From Bacteriovoracaceae bacterium (lineage in GTDB: Bacteria; Bdellovibrionota; Bacteriovoracia; Bacteriovoracales; Bacteriovoracaceae), in assembly GCA_041586955.1 (NCBI GenBank), contig JBFGZE010000095.1, positions 1-11,956 of the forward strand: a DNA stretch of 11,956 nucleotides, given 5' to 3'. Below, one piece after another: positions 1 to 8,345 of this stretch. Every line of letters starts with the position of its first letter. Position 1 is the first letter of the stretch. The position numbers and the translations under genes are program-made. The notes under the pieces are model-generated. The model saw only the letters and a program-made list of their open reading frames with translations. It was not told the DNA's origin and ran no database searches.

Positions 1-386
1 ACAAATTGCGGTGCATTTTTGGCGGTACGGAAAGCAGAAGTGGCGACAGCTCTAAAGTCGGTCGCGCCTAAGGCCTGGGCCTGTTTCTTTAGCACGAGAA
101 GGGCGTTAAGGCCTTTGTCCATGATGAGTGCACTGAAGCGGGCATTACCTTTGTCTTGACCCTTAAGGTCCTCTTTGTAGGGAACGGGTAGTGATTTATC
201 GGTAATATAAGAAAGAATTCGCTTTTGGCAGCGGTCAATTTTTGCAACCTTCATTTTGGTGCTACCTGAGCCTATATCAAAGGCGGCACGGACTAGTTCG
301 CAAGGGGATTGGCCTGCTTGCAGGACATCAATGCCCAAAAAAAGAGAAAGAAAAATAAGGGTACTTTTGAGTTTTGTGGTTTGCAT
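1..386 (-). CDS. Ppx/GppA-family (ASKHA fold) phosphatase-like protein with N-terminal signal peptide, 5' part only (runs off the window)
   Basis: Manual translation from ATG at 386-384: MQTTKLKSTLIFLSLFLGIDVLQAGQSPCELVRAAFDIGSGSTKMKVAKIDRCQKRILSYITDKSLPVPYKEDLKGQDKGNARFSALIMDKGLNALLVLKKQAQALGATDFRAVATSAFRTAKNAPQF. It is open for 128 codons to the window edge. AAFDIGSGS and AVATSAFRTAKN match the Ppx/GppA phosphate-binding motifs (DxGS; ATSAxR). Not in the supplied ORF track. Confidence 0.85.
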   Translation of the reverse strand, partial: MQTTKLKSTLIFLSLFLGIDVLQAGQSPCELVRAAFDIGSGSTKMKVAKIDRCQKRILSYITDKSLPVPYKEDLKGQDKGNARFSALIMDKGLNALLVLKKQAQALGATDFRAVATSAFRTAKNAPQF

Positions 387-402
387 GGGAGGCAGTATAG
401 CA
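387..402 (-). promoter_or_regulatory. Putative extended -10 promoter (TGnTATACT) for the Ppx/GppA-like gene
   Basis: The minus strand reads TGC-TATACT-GCCTCCC-ATG, with the -10 hexamer at 399-394, 7 nt before the ATG. No Shine-Dalgarno is present. Confidence 0.55.
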
Positions 403-441
403 GTAATTGCCACGTTGCAGGGTAGAAAATCATAAATTCTA

Positions 442-477
442 TAAAAATTGCAAGGCCCCCATTTTGGCAGGCCTTGC
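442..477 (-). terminator. Rho-independent terminator downstream of secA
   Basis: Perfect 8-bp inverted repeat GCAAGGCC (450-457) / GGCCTTGC (470-477), with an extra inner CCA/TGG pairing. It is followed on the minus strand by AATTTTTAT and lies 17 nt after the secA stop. Confidence 0.8.
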
Positions 478-494
478 CTTGTTAATTAGGGCAC

Positions 495-3047
495 TTAGGA
501 CCCATGGCAATGTTTAAACTTTTTACCAGAGCCACAAGGACAGGCCTCATTACGGCCAACTTTCGCCTGGCCGCGACGAACGGGAGCAGATTTTTCTTGG
601 GCCTGCTCTTCTTCCTCAAGGGCACGTCGATGCGCTTCTAATTGCGCATCAAGCTCCTCTTGATGGCGGCGTTGAATTTCCTCAATTTCCTCTTGAGAGT
701 AAAGACGGACAGAATAGATATTATGAATGATGGCCTTTTTAACGGCGACTCGCATATTTTCAAACAGCTCAAAACTCTCACGCTTATATTCAGTCAATGG
801 ATCTTTTTGAGCATAGGCCCTCAGGTTAATACCTTCTTTAACATGGTCCATGGAGAGAAGATGATCTTTCCAGAATTGGTCAAAAGTGGAGAGCAGAATT
901 TCGCGAATTGCGTAGGTGACTTGCTCATCTTCATATTGAGCAAACTTTTCAGTGATAATTTCTTTGGCCTTTTCACCAAAATAACGATCCATTTCGCCAT
1001 CATATTTTTGGTTACATTCAAGGGCCTCAACTTTGTAGTCCGTGTGAAAAGTCATTTGAAAGCTTTTTTCAATTTCTTCCCATGGCCATGATTCAATGGG
1101 AAGTTTCTTTTCAGGTCGATGGGCATCTACCAGGAACGAGCCAACATCTTCAATCATTTCGTGAATAAATTGGAGGTTATCTTTATCGCCAAGAATGTCG
1201 CGGCGTAGACGGTAAATAACCCGTCTTTGCTCATTCATGACATCATCATATTCTAAAAGATGTTTTCTTATTTCAAAGTTATGGCCTTCAAGCTTTTTCT
1301 GGGCCTTAACGATGGCGGAGGTGATCATACGATGCTCAATGGGCTCATCTTCCTCCATACCTAAGGTATTCATCATCTTTTTGATACGATCGCTACCAAA
1401 AATTCGCATGAGATCATCTTCAAGAGAAAGGAAGAATTTTGATCCACCTGGGTCCCCTTGACGACCAGAACGGCCACGCAATTGGTTATCAATACGACGG
1501 GACTCGTGCCTTTCTGTCCCGAGAATAAAAAGTCCACCGAGGGCCTTGGTTTCTTCGGTCAGTCTAATATCTGTACCCCGACCGGCCATATTCGTGGCAA
1601 TCGTGACAGCTCCTTTTTGACCGGCATTGGCAACAATTTGCGCCTCTGATTGGTGCTGTTTGGCATTGAGGACATTATGTGGGACACCGAGCTTTTTGAG
1701 AGCATTGGAAAAAACTTCTGAGCTATCAATAGAAATGGTACCGACAAGAACGGGCTGGCCTTTCTCATGCAGGGTTTTAATTAATTGAGTGGCGGCCTTG
1801 ATTTTCGCTTCAGTGCTTTTATAGATAACATCGGCCTCATCAATGCGAATGACAGGCTCATTAGTGGGAATGACAATGACTGAGAGGTTGTAAATTTTTT
1901 GAAATTCCTCTGCCTCAGTATCGGCGGTACCAGTCATACCGGCGAGAGTACTATAAAGTTTAAAATAATTTTGAAAGGTAATGGAGGCCAAGGTCTGATT
2001 TTCTGATTTGATCGGAACATTTTCTTTGGCCTCGACCGATTGGTGGAGTCCATCTGACCAACGAGATCCTTCTTTTAGGCGACCGGTGAACTCATCAACA
2101 ATAATGACTTGTTCATCCTTAACCACATAATTGACATCGCGTTTAAAGAGGTGATGGGCCTTTAATGCTTGGTTAAGATGGTGGAGTAATTCTGAATGCT
2201 CTAATTTAAAGAGATTATCAATATTGGTAATCTTTTGGACTTCAGTAATACCATCGTCTGTGAATATCGCCGAATGGGACTTTTCATCGATGGTAAAATG
2301 GGTCTCTTTTGTTAACTGAGGGATTATTTTATTGGCGACCCCGTAGAGACTAGTATCACCTTCGCTGGGGCCAGAGATTAATAAAGGTGTTCTCGCTTCG
2401 TCAATAAGGATGGAGTCAACCTCATCCACAATACAAAAATGATGGCCACGTTGAACGTAATCTTGGAGATCAAATTTCATATTATCGCGTAGGTAATCAA
2501 AAGCAAATTCATTATTAGTGCCGTAAGTGATGTCCGCTTGATAGGCCGCTTTGCGGTCTTCATCTTCCATGTCAGCAATAATACAACCGGTGGTTAGACC
2601 AAGCCAGGAGTAGAGTACTCCCATTTCTTTTGCATCACGGCTGGCGAGGTAATCGTTAACCGTTACTAAATGGCCCCCTTTACCTTCTAGCCCCCTTAAA
2701 TAGAGAGGAAGAGTGGCGGCAAGTGTTTTCCCTTCCCCGGTTTTCATTTCAGCGATGATGCCACGAAAGAGAGAAATACCACCGATCATCTGCACATCGT
2801 AATGTCTCATGCCAAGAACTCGAACAGAGGCCTCTCGGACTGTGGCAAAAGCTTCGGGTAAAATCGCTTCTAAAGATTCGCCATCCTTTAAACGAGCACG
2901 AAATATATCCGTTTGTGCCTTGAGCTCCTCGTCACTTTTGGCCTGCATGGCGGGCTCAAGTTTATTGATTTCCATGAGAAGCGGTTTCATGGCCTTGATT
3001 TGGCGGTCATTCTTGGTGCCAAACATGGCCTTTAAAGGGTTGCGCAT
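495..3047 (-). CDS. secA: Preprotein translocase subunit SecA
   Basis: 850 aa. Motifs: EMKTGEGKT (Walker A), VTVNDYLA, GTNNEFAFDYLRDNM, VDEVDSILIDEARTPLLISG, MAGRGTDI, GTERHESRRIDNQLRGRSGRQGDPG and the C-terminal SEC-C motif GRNEACPCGSGKKFKHCHG. RBS AGGAG at 3058-3054. Confidence 0.99.
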   Translation of the reverse strand: MRNPLKAMFGTKNDRQIKAMKPLLMEINKLEPAMQAKSDEELKAQTDIFRARLKDGESLEAILPEAFATVREASVRVLGMRHYDVQMIGGISLFRGIIAEMKTGEGKTLAATLPLYLRGLEGKGGHLVTVNDYLASRDAKEMGVLYSWLGLTTGCIIADMEDEDRKAAYQADITYGTNNEFAFDYLRDNMKFDLQDYVQRGHHFCIVDEVDSILIDEARTPLLISGPSEGDTSLYGVANKIIPQLTKETHFTIDEKSHSAIFTDDGITEVQKITNIDNLFKLEHSELLHHLNQALKAHHLFKRDVNYVVKDEQVIIVDEFTGRLKEGSRWSDGLHQSVEAKENVPIKSENQTLASITFQNYFKLYSTLAGMTGTADTEAEEFQKIYNLSVIVIPTNEPVIRIDEADVIYKSTEAKIKAATQLIKTLHEKGQPVLVGTISIDSSEVFSNALKKLGVPHNVLNAKQHQSEAQIVANAGQKGAVTIATNMAGRGTDIRLTEETKALGGLFILGTERHESRRIDNQLRGRSGRQGDPGGSKFFLSLEDDLMRIFGSDRIKKMMNTLGMEEDEPIEHRMITSAIVKAQKKLEGHNFEIRKHLLEYDDVMNEQRRVIYRLRRDILGDKDNLQFIHEMIEDVGSFLVDAHRPEKKLPIESWPWEEIEKSFQMTFHTDYKVEALECNQKYDGEMDRYFGEKAKEIITEKFAQYEDEQVTYAIREILLSTFDQFWKDHLLSMDHVKEGINLRAYAQKDPLTEYKRESFELFENMRVAVKKAIIHNIYSVRLYSQEEIEEIQRRHQEELDAQLEAHRRALEEEEQAQEKSAPVRRGQAKVGRNEACPCGSGKKFKHCHGS

Positions 3048-3064
3048 TCTTTTCTCCTACTATT

Positions 3065-4132
3065 TTAATTTAAAATATAAAACATGGGGTCAACTGGTGT
3101 TCCATTTACTCTAATCTCATAGTGTAAATGGGGACCGGTGGAAGAGCCAGTATTTCCGATCGTCGCCACCTGTGTGCCGCGCTTGATAACTTCGCCTTTT
3201 TTGACGGTTAATTTTCGGGCATGGGCATAAAAACTTTCAATACCATAACCGTGATCAATTTGGACAAACTTACCAAAGCCAGGCTTTGACCCTGCATAGG
3301 CGACTTTACCATCGGCCGTGGCGACAATCGCAGTACCGGTGCGAGCGCCAATATCGAGACCCTCGTGCATACGCAAGCGTTTGCTGGTGGGGCTAATTCG
3401 CGGGCCATAATAGGATGTTATCCACCCGTTTGTAGGCATCAATGTGGGAGTCGAAGCCAAAAGGGATTCTTTATCAAGAAGGGTCTGATCTAATTCGTGA
3501 ATATTAACTTCTAAGTCTTTGAGAAGAGATTTTATTTGTGAGTATTTAAAATCAAAGAGCGCAAATTGATGGGCCCAGCTAAAGCTTTCTTTGGTAAGGT
3601 CTGACCATTGTTTGGTGAATTGATAGCCAACCTGGAGACCAAAAGTCGTTGCAATTTTCTTTTCGTAAAGGTTTTTTAATTGCAGGAATTCTGTTTGAGC
3701 TGGAATTTGGTCATCTTCTAAAATAAGTGACGGGGGAGTCGTAAAGCGAACAGTTTCTTTTTGTTTGGTTGGTTTATCGTCGTCCTGTCCGTCCTTTCCT
3801 TGGGCCTTGTTTTGGTCGAGATCTTCCAGACCCATCATAACGCGCAACTTTTGCTCAAAAATTTGAATGCGGTCAATATCTTCGGTCAAAGCATTGATCT
3901 TACTTTGAAAGGTTTGAATTTGTTCTTTAAGTTGACGGTTTTGAGTGGCCAGATGTTGGTTTTCCCAAATCTTGCGCGAGATTTTATAATAATCGTAAAC
4001 TAATAGGCTCACGACAATGAGCCCTAGAAAACTAAGAAAAAGGATACCGTGTCCAAGTACTCGCGGTATACGAAAGGACTTCACGCCCTTTTCGCGGTCT
4101 GGAACCACCATAATTGTAAAATAACGATTCAT
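3065..4132 (-). CDS. M23 (LytM-type) metallopeptidase with N-terminal membrane anchor and coiled coil
   Basis: 355 aa. TM segment GILFLSFLGLIVVSLLVY, then a coiled-coil-like region (NRQLKEQIQTFQSKINALTEDIDRI), then an M23 domain with intact Zn ligands HEGLD (HxxxD) and GNTGSSTGPHLHYEI (HxH). Confidence 0.95.
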   Translation of the reverse strand: MNRYFTIMVVPDREKGVKSFRIPRVLGHGILFLSFLGLIVVSLLVYDYYKISRKIWENQHLATQNRQLKEQIQTFQSKINALTEDIDRIQIFEQKLRVMMGLEDLDQNKAQGKDGQDDDKPTKQKETVRFTTPPSLILEDDQIPAQTEFLQLKNLYEKKIATTFGLQVGYQFTKQWSDLTKESFSWAHQFALFDFKYSQIKSLLKDLEVNIHELDQTLLDKESLLASTPTLMPTNGWITSYYGPRISPTSKRLRMHEGLDIGARTGTAIVATADGKVAYAGSKPGFGKFVQIDHGYGIESFYAHARKLTVKKGEVIKRGTQVATIGNTGSSTGPHLHYEIRVNGTPVDPMFYILN

Positions 4133-4166
4133 TCAATATCCATCCAATGGAGATTATTATTATCCA

Positions 4167-4195
4167 ATATTAGTGAATAGAAAAAGCATCGTCTA
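4167..4195 (-). promoter_or_regulatory. Possible sigma70-type internal promoter for M23-secA
   Basis: The minus strand has TAGACG (4195-4190), a 17-nt spacer and TAATAT (4172-4167) in the 68-nt gap between the PP2C and M23 genes. Confidence 0.4.
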
Positions 4196-4200
4196 GTTCG

Positions 4201-4944
4201 TTAGGTGATTAGTGTGAGAATAACAGAAATATTATCTTGACCACCGTTGGCATTGGCCTGCTCGACAAGTCTATTGCTGGCCTGCTTCAAGTTCTCCTGG
4301 TCTGCCAATAAAGGGTTAGGGATCTCTTTGTTGATAATATAAAGAATATCACGATCACTCACCTTACCATGCAGTCCGTCAGAGCACGAAAGAAAAAGAT
4401 CGCCTTTAGAAGCGGCATATTTATAAAAGTCAATGTCGATATCATTTTCAAAGCCGACAGTTCGAACCAATACATTTTTATGGGGGTCCTGTGCAGCTTG
4501 CACCCGATTATAGAGCCCGATATTGAGTTTTTCTTGAACTAGAGAGTGGTCGCGGCTTAGCTGGTAAAGGTTATTGGAGTTAATAAGGTAGGAGCGAGAG
4601 TCTCCTACACAGGCCATGTAGAAATATGCGTCATCAAAATAGTTGACAACAACAGTTGTGCCCATCCCTTCGAGCTCTGTATCAATCATCCCGCGATCTT
4701 TGATTTTATTATTGGCCTCAAGAATAGCGCCAACTAAGAGATCATGGGGAGGTAATTGGCCATTTTTTAAAATGAAATCTGGAATGATATCGACTGCCAT
4801 TGCCGAAGCAATATCACCGCCGTTATGACCGCCCATGCCATCGGCGACGACATAAATCCGCTTTTCACTATTGAGATAAATAGCATCCTGATTCGTTTTT
4901 CGCTTTTGACCGATATCAGTTTTGCCTGCTGCCAAAAGGGCCAT
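4201..4944 (-). CDS. PP2C/PPM-family Ser/Thr protein phosphatase (Stp1/PrpC-like)
   Basis: 247 aa. Motifs: TDIGQKRKTNQD, VVADGMGGHNGGDIAS, GMGTT, VGDSRSY, DHSLV, CSDGL and GGQDNIS, so the metal-binding Asp residues are present. RBS-like AAGGAA at 4956-4951. Confidence 0.96.
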   Translation of the reverse strand: MALLAAGKTDIGQKRKTNQDAIYLNSEKRIYVVADGMGGHNGGDIASAMAVDIIPDFILKNGQLPPHDLLVGAILEANNKIKDRGMIDTELEGMGTTVVVNYFDDAYFYMACVGDSRSYLINSNNLYQLSRDHSLVQEKLNIGLYNRVQAAQDPHKNVLVRTVGFENDIDIDFYKYAASKGDLFLSCSDGLHGKVSDRDILYIINKEIPNPLLADQENLKQASNRLVEQANANGGQDNISVILTLIT

Positions 4945-4971
4945 TTTATTTTCCTTGAACTTGCCTTCTAA

Positions 4972-5005
4972 ATTATAATCTTAAATGGGCCAATATTTTT
5001 GTCAA
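4972..5005 (-). promoter_or_regulatory. Putative sigma70 promoter for the PP2C gene
   Basis: The minus strand has a perfect TTGACA (5005-5000), a 16-nt spacer and TAAGAT (4983-4978), immediately followed by a perfect TATAAT (4977-4972). Confidence 0.55.
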
Positions 5006-5075
5006 GAAGATGGCAAGAACGATTTCTTGACTGGAGAAGTCGGATACTAGGACAAATTGCCGCCAATAAAGTTCC

Positions 5076-5105
5076 TTGTAATAGGCGGGGGTCCCAAGGC
5101 ATAAT
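5076..5105 (+). promoter_or_regulatory. Possible sigma70-type promoter for the prkA operon
   Basis: TTGTAA (5076-5081), an 18-nt spacer and CATAAT (5100-5105), 56 nt upstream of the ATG at 5162. Confidence 0.35.
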
Positions 5106-5161
5106 AGTTAATAGAAGTGCCTTATTTCAAGATCTTAAAACACTGGGACGGGAGAAGCAAA

Positions 5162-7216
5162 ATGGCCAAAGTAGATATCGAAAATTTTATGCGTGAGAAT
5201 TACAAACAAGAAGACTTTTCACATTTGAATTGGTCGGGAACCTTTCAAGAATATATCGATCTTGTCACCAATAATCCTCCCATTGTACGCAATGCTTTTC
5301 AGCGTATTCACGATATGATTATGAGTTTTGGTACAAGTAATTATACTGAATATAAAAAAGAAATCACTCGTTACCATTTCTTTGATGACCCAATTGGAAA
5401 AGGCAAGGACGCTGTTTTTGGAATTGATGTACATCTCATGAAATTAGTTAACTTTTTCAAATCAGCTGCTGCTGGTTACGGTACAGAAAAAAGAGTACTT
5501 CTGCTTCATGGGCCAGTAGGCTCCGCTAAATCTTCGATCTCACGTCTTCTTAAAAAAGGTCTTGAGCATTATTCAAAAACTGATGATGGCATGATGTATA
5601 CTTTTGAATGGATATCCGATGAAGAAACAGAAATTCTTGGTGGCCAAAAAGTTTTTCCATCGCCAATGCATGAAGAGCCTTTAAAACTTATTCCCATTGA
5701 TGTTCGCGAGCAATTCTTAGCGACGATTAACAAGGGGATTGATGGACATAAAATTAATATCCGAGGTGAAGTTTGCCCGGCCGACCGTTTTATTTTCCAA
5801 TCTTTTCTTGAGAAATACAACGGTGATTGGAACAAGGTCATGCAACATATTCGCGTTAAGCGCCTTCTTCTATCAGAAAAAGATCGCATTGGCATTGGCA
5901 CATTTCAGCCTAAAGATGAGAAAAACCAAGACTCCACTGAGTTAACTGGCGATATTAATTATCGAAAAATTGCACAATACGGTTCAGACTCTGATCCACG
6001 CGCCTTCAATTTTGATGGTGAATTTAATATTGCCAATCGAGGGATCGTCGAATTTATTGAAATGCTTAAATTAGATGTCGCCTTCCTTTACGATTTACTA
6101 GGAGCTTCTCAGGAGCAATCGATTAAACCAAAAAAGTTCGCTCAAACTGACATTGACGAGGTGATTCTTGGCCACACCAATGAACCAGAGTTTAGAAAAT
6201 TGCAAAATAACGAATTTATGGAGGCCCTGCGCGATAGAACGGTAAAGATTGATGTCCCTTATATTACGCGTTTAAGTAATGAAGTGCGTATTTACCAAAG
6301 AGACTTTAATACCGAAAAAATTCCCCATGTGCATATTGCCCCTCATACTATAGAGATGGCAGCGACATGGTCAATTTTAACTCGCTTGGAAGAGCCTAAG
6401 AAGTCGGATTTAACAAAATTACAAAAATTAAAATTATATAATGGTAAAACTCTGCCTGGTTATAATGAAGATAATGTTAAAGAGTTGCGTAAGGAAGCGG
6501 TCCGTGAAGGGCTTGAAGGGATTTCACCTCGTTATATTCAAGATAAATTGTCGAATACCTTGGTTAAATACGGGCACACAGGTTGTATGAATCCTTTTAT
6601 GGTTTTTAATGAATTAGAGACTGGCCTTAAGCATCATGGGCTTATCAATTCGCCTGAACAATTGGATTATTATAAAGAGGCCTTGGCGATTGCACGCCAG
6701 GAGTATGAAGATACCGTTAAAAATGACGTCCAAAAGGCAATCTCAGTTGATGAGACTGCGATTCAAACTCTATGCGCCAATTATATCGATAATGTCAAGG
6801 CCCATACTCAAAAAGAAAAAATTCGTAATAAATATTCTAACCGTCTTGAAGATGCTGATGAGAGATTTATGCGTTCTATTGAGGAAAAAATTGATATTCC
6901 CGAAAGTCGTAAGGATGATTTTAGACGCGAAATTATGAATTATATTGGTGCCCTCGCAATTGAAGGAAAACAATTTGATTATAAAATGAATGAACGCCTC
7001 CATCGCGCCCTAGAGTTGAAGCTTTTTGAAGATCAAAAAGATTCGATTAAACTCACAACCATTATTAGCAAGGTTGTGGATAAAGAGACTCAAGGGAAAA
7101 TTGATGTCGTTAAGTCACGATTGATTAAAAACTTTGGCTATTGCGAAATTTGCGCTACTGATGCTCTTAATTTCGTGGCCTCGATTTTTGCCAAAGGCGA
7201 CTCAGCAAAAGCATAA
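5162..7216 (+). CDS. prkA: PrkA/YeaG-family AAA+ ATPase (annotated serine protein kinase)
   Basis: Motifs: [11 protein letters not shown], Walker [76 protein letters not shown] and [11 protein letters not shown] moved the start from the track's GTG at 5117 to the ATG at 5162 (684 aa), because GGAG at 5151-5154 lies 7 nt upstream of it. Confidence 0.96.
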   Translation: MAKVDIENFMRENYKQEDFSHLNWSGTFQEYIDLVTNNPPIVRNAFQRIHDMIMSFGTSNYTEYKKEITRYHFFDDPIGKGKDAVFGIDVHLMKLVNFFKSAAAGYGTEKRVLLLHGPVGSAKSSISRLLKKGLEHYSKTDDGMMYTFEWISDEETEILGGQKVFPSPMHEEPLKLIPIDVREQFLATINKGIDGHKINIRGEVCPADRFIFQSFLEKYNGDWNKVMQHIRVKRLLLSEKDRIGIGTFQPKDEKNQDSTELTGDINYRKIAQYGSDSDPRAFNFDGEFNIANRGIVEFIEMLKLDVAFLYDLLGASQEQSIKPKKFAQTDIDEVILGHTNEPEFRKLQNNEFMEALRDRTVKIDVPYITRLSNEVRIYQRDFNTEKIPHVHIAPHTIEMAATWSILTRLEEPKKSDLTKLQKLKLYNGKTLPGYNEDNVKELRKEAVREGLEGISPRYIQDKLSNTLVKYGHTGCMNPFMVFNELETGLKHHGLINSPEQLDYYKEALAIARQEYEDTVKNDVQKAISVDETAIQTLCANYIDNVKAHTQKEKIRNKYSNRLEDADERFMRSIEEKIDIPESRKDDFRREIMNYIGALAIEGKQFDYKMNERLHRALELKLFEDQKDSIKLTTIISKVVDKETQGKIDVVKSRLIKNFGYCEICATDALNFVASIFAKGDSAKA

Positions 7217-7226
7217 AGGATAGGTA

Positions 7227-8345
7227 ATGGACCACCCGATCAAAAGAGATCATTCTCGTTTTCGCAAAATTGTAAAAGGGAAGATCCGTGACAATCTCAA
7301 AAAATATGTCTCTGGTGGAGAGATGCCGATTCCTAAGGGAGAAGGCGTCTTTAAGGTTCCTATGCCCTCCATTGAAACTCCTCGTTTTAAATTTGGTGAT
7401 CGTCAACAGGGCGGTATGGGCCAAGGTGAAGGTCAGCCCGGAGATCCGGTTGAAGGCGGGGAGGAGCAAGAAGGAGAAGGCGGCGAAGGTGAAGCCGGCG
7501 AAGGCGAGGGAAAAAAAGAAGTTGAGGTTGAATTAAGTCTCGACGAATTAGCACAAATATTAGGTGAAGAATTGGAATTACCCAATATTGAACCAAAGGG
7601 GAAAAAAACGCTGCAAAGTACCAGCGAAAAATATTCTTCTATTTCAGTAGTCGGCCCCGATTCACTCAAGCATTTCAAGCGCTCTTATAAAGAGGCCCTT
7701 AAGCGGCAAGTTGCCACCGGCACCTACGATAAAGATAATCCTATTATTGTCCCTATTAAAAGTGATATGCGCTTTCGTAGTGCCAATACCACTGTTGAAT
7801 TTGAAAATTCAGCGGTTGTTATTTATATGATGGATGTTTCGGGATCTATGGGCGATGAGCAAAAGGAAATTGTGCGAACGGAGAGTTTTTGGATCAATCT
7901 CTGGTTGAAGAGCCAGTATAAAGACATTGATGTCCGTTATATCATTCACGATGCGACAGCTAAAGAAGTTAATGAAGATACCTTTTTTCGCACCAGAGAA
8001 AGCGGGGGAACTTTAATATCTTCCGCTTTAAAGTTATGCCGAGACATTATTCAAAGCGATTATGACCCCAGTGAATGGAATATCTACCCCTTTCACTTCT
8101 CTGATGGGGATAATTGGTCCACGGACGACACTAAGTTATGCTTGGAAATTTTAGATCAAGATATTCTCCCGGCCTCCAATGTCTTTTGTTATGGGCAAGT
8201 CGAAAGTCGCTACGGCTCCGGTCAATTTTATAAAGATTTAAGTGCTCGCTATGGCGAAGATAGCGATCAGGTCACCTTAAGTAAAATTAAAGATAAGAAC
8301 GCAATTCTCGATTCCATTAAAGATTTTCTAGGGAAGGGTAAATGA
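7227..8345 (+). CDS. yeaH: YeaH/YhbH (DUF444) family protein with vWA-like C-terminal domain
   Basis: 372 aa. N-terminal DHSRF...IRDNL, a Gly/Glu-rich linker, ELELPNIEPK, MIDAS-like MMDVSGSM, ESGGTLISSA and WNIYPFHFSDGDNW. Located directly after prkA, as in the known operon. Confidence 0.94.
   Translation: MDHPIKRDHSRFRKIVKGKIRDNLKKYVSGGEMPIPKGEGVFKVPMPSIETPRFKFGDRQQGGMGQGEGQPGDPVEGGEEQEGEGGEGEAGEGEGKKEVEVELSLDELAQILGEELELPNIEPKGKKTLQSTSEKYSSISVVGPDSLKHFKRSYKEALKRQVATGTYDKDNPIIVPIKSDMRFRSANTTVEFENSAVVIYMMDVSGSMGDEQKEIVRTESFWINLWLKSQYKDIDVRYIIHDATAKEVNEDTFFRTRESGGTLISSALKLCRDIIQSDYDPSEWNIYPFHFSDGDNWSTDDTKLCLEILDQDILPASNVFCYGQVESRYGSGQFYKDLSARYGEDSDQVTLSKIKDKNAILDSIKDFLGKGK
7395..7520 (+). repeat. 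Low-complexity Gly/Glu-rich coding tract (imperfect GAAGGY repeats)
   Basis: Encodes GDRQQGGMGQGEGQPGDPVEGGEEQEGEGGEGEAGEGEGKKE. The tract is locally G-rich. Confidence 0.75.

Noticed and set aside
3065..3110. M23 C-terminus as a SecM-like ribosome-arrest peptide regulating secA
   Set aside because: It ends VDPMFYILN, a normal M23 terminus with no RAGP/RAPP-type arrest motif.
642..3408. Short alternative-frame and antisense ORFs inside secA and the M23 gene (e.g. 642-1091, 821-1030, 1237-1461, 2809-3114, 3208-3408)
   Set aside because: They overlap highly conserved genes and have no recognisable motifs, as expected for shadow ORFs.
4133..4170. Short direct repeats ATCCAAT and an ATT triplet run upstream of the M23 gene
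   Set aside because: Only two 7-mers in AT-rich DNA, which is compatible with chance.
5011..5069. Sigma54 (TGGCAAG at 5011) or sigma28 (GCCAATAA at 5062) promoter for prkA
   Set aside because: There is no GC at the -12 position for sigma54 and no TAAA-like -35 element at the right spacing for sigma28.
4999..5196. 65-aa ORF in the divergent region, and the GTG start at 5117 for prkA
   Set aside because: The small ORF starts at TTG with no RBS and overlaps promoter-like elements and the prkA start. The ATG at 5162 has a well-spaced GGAG, while the GTG at 5117 has none.
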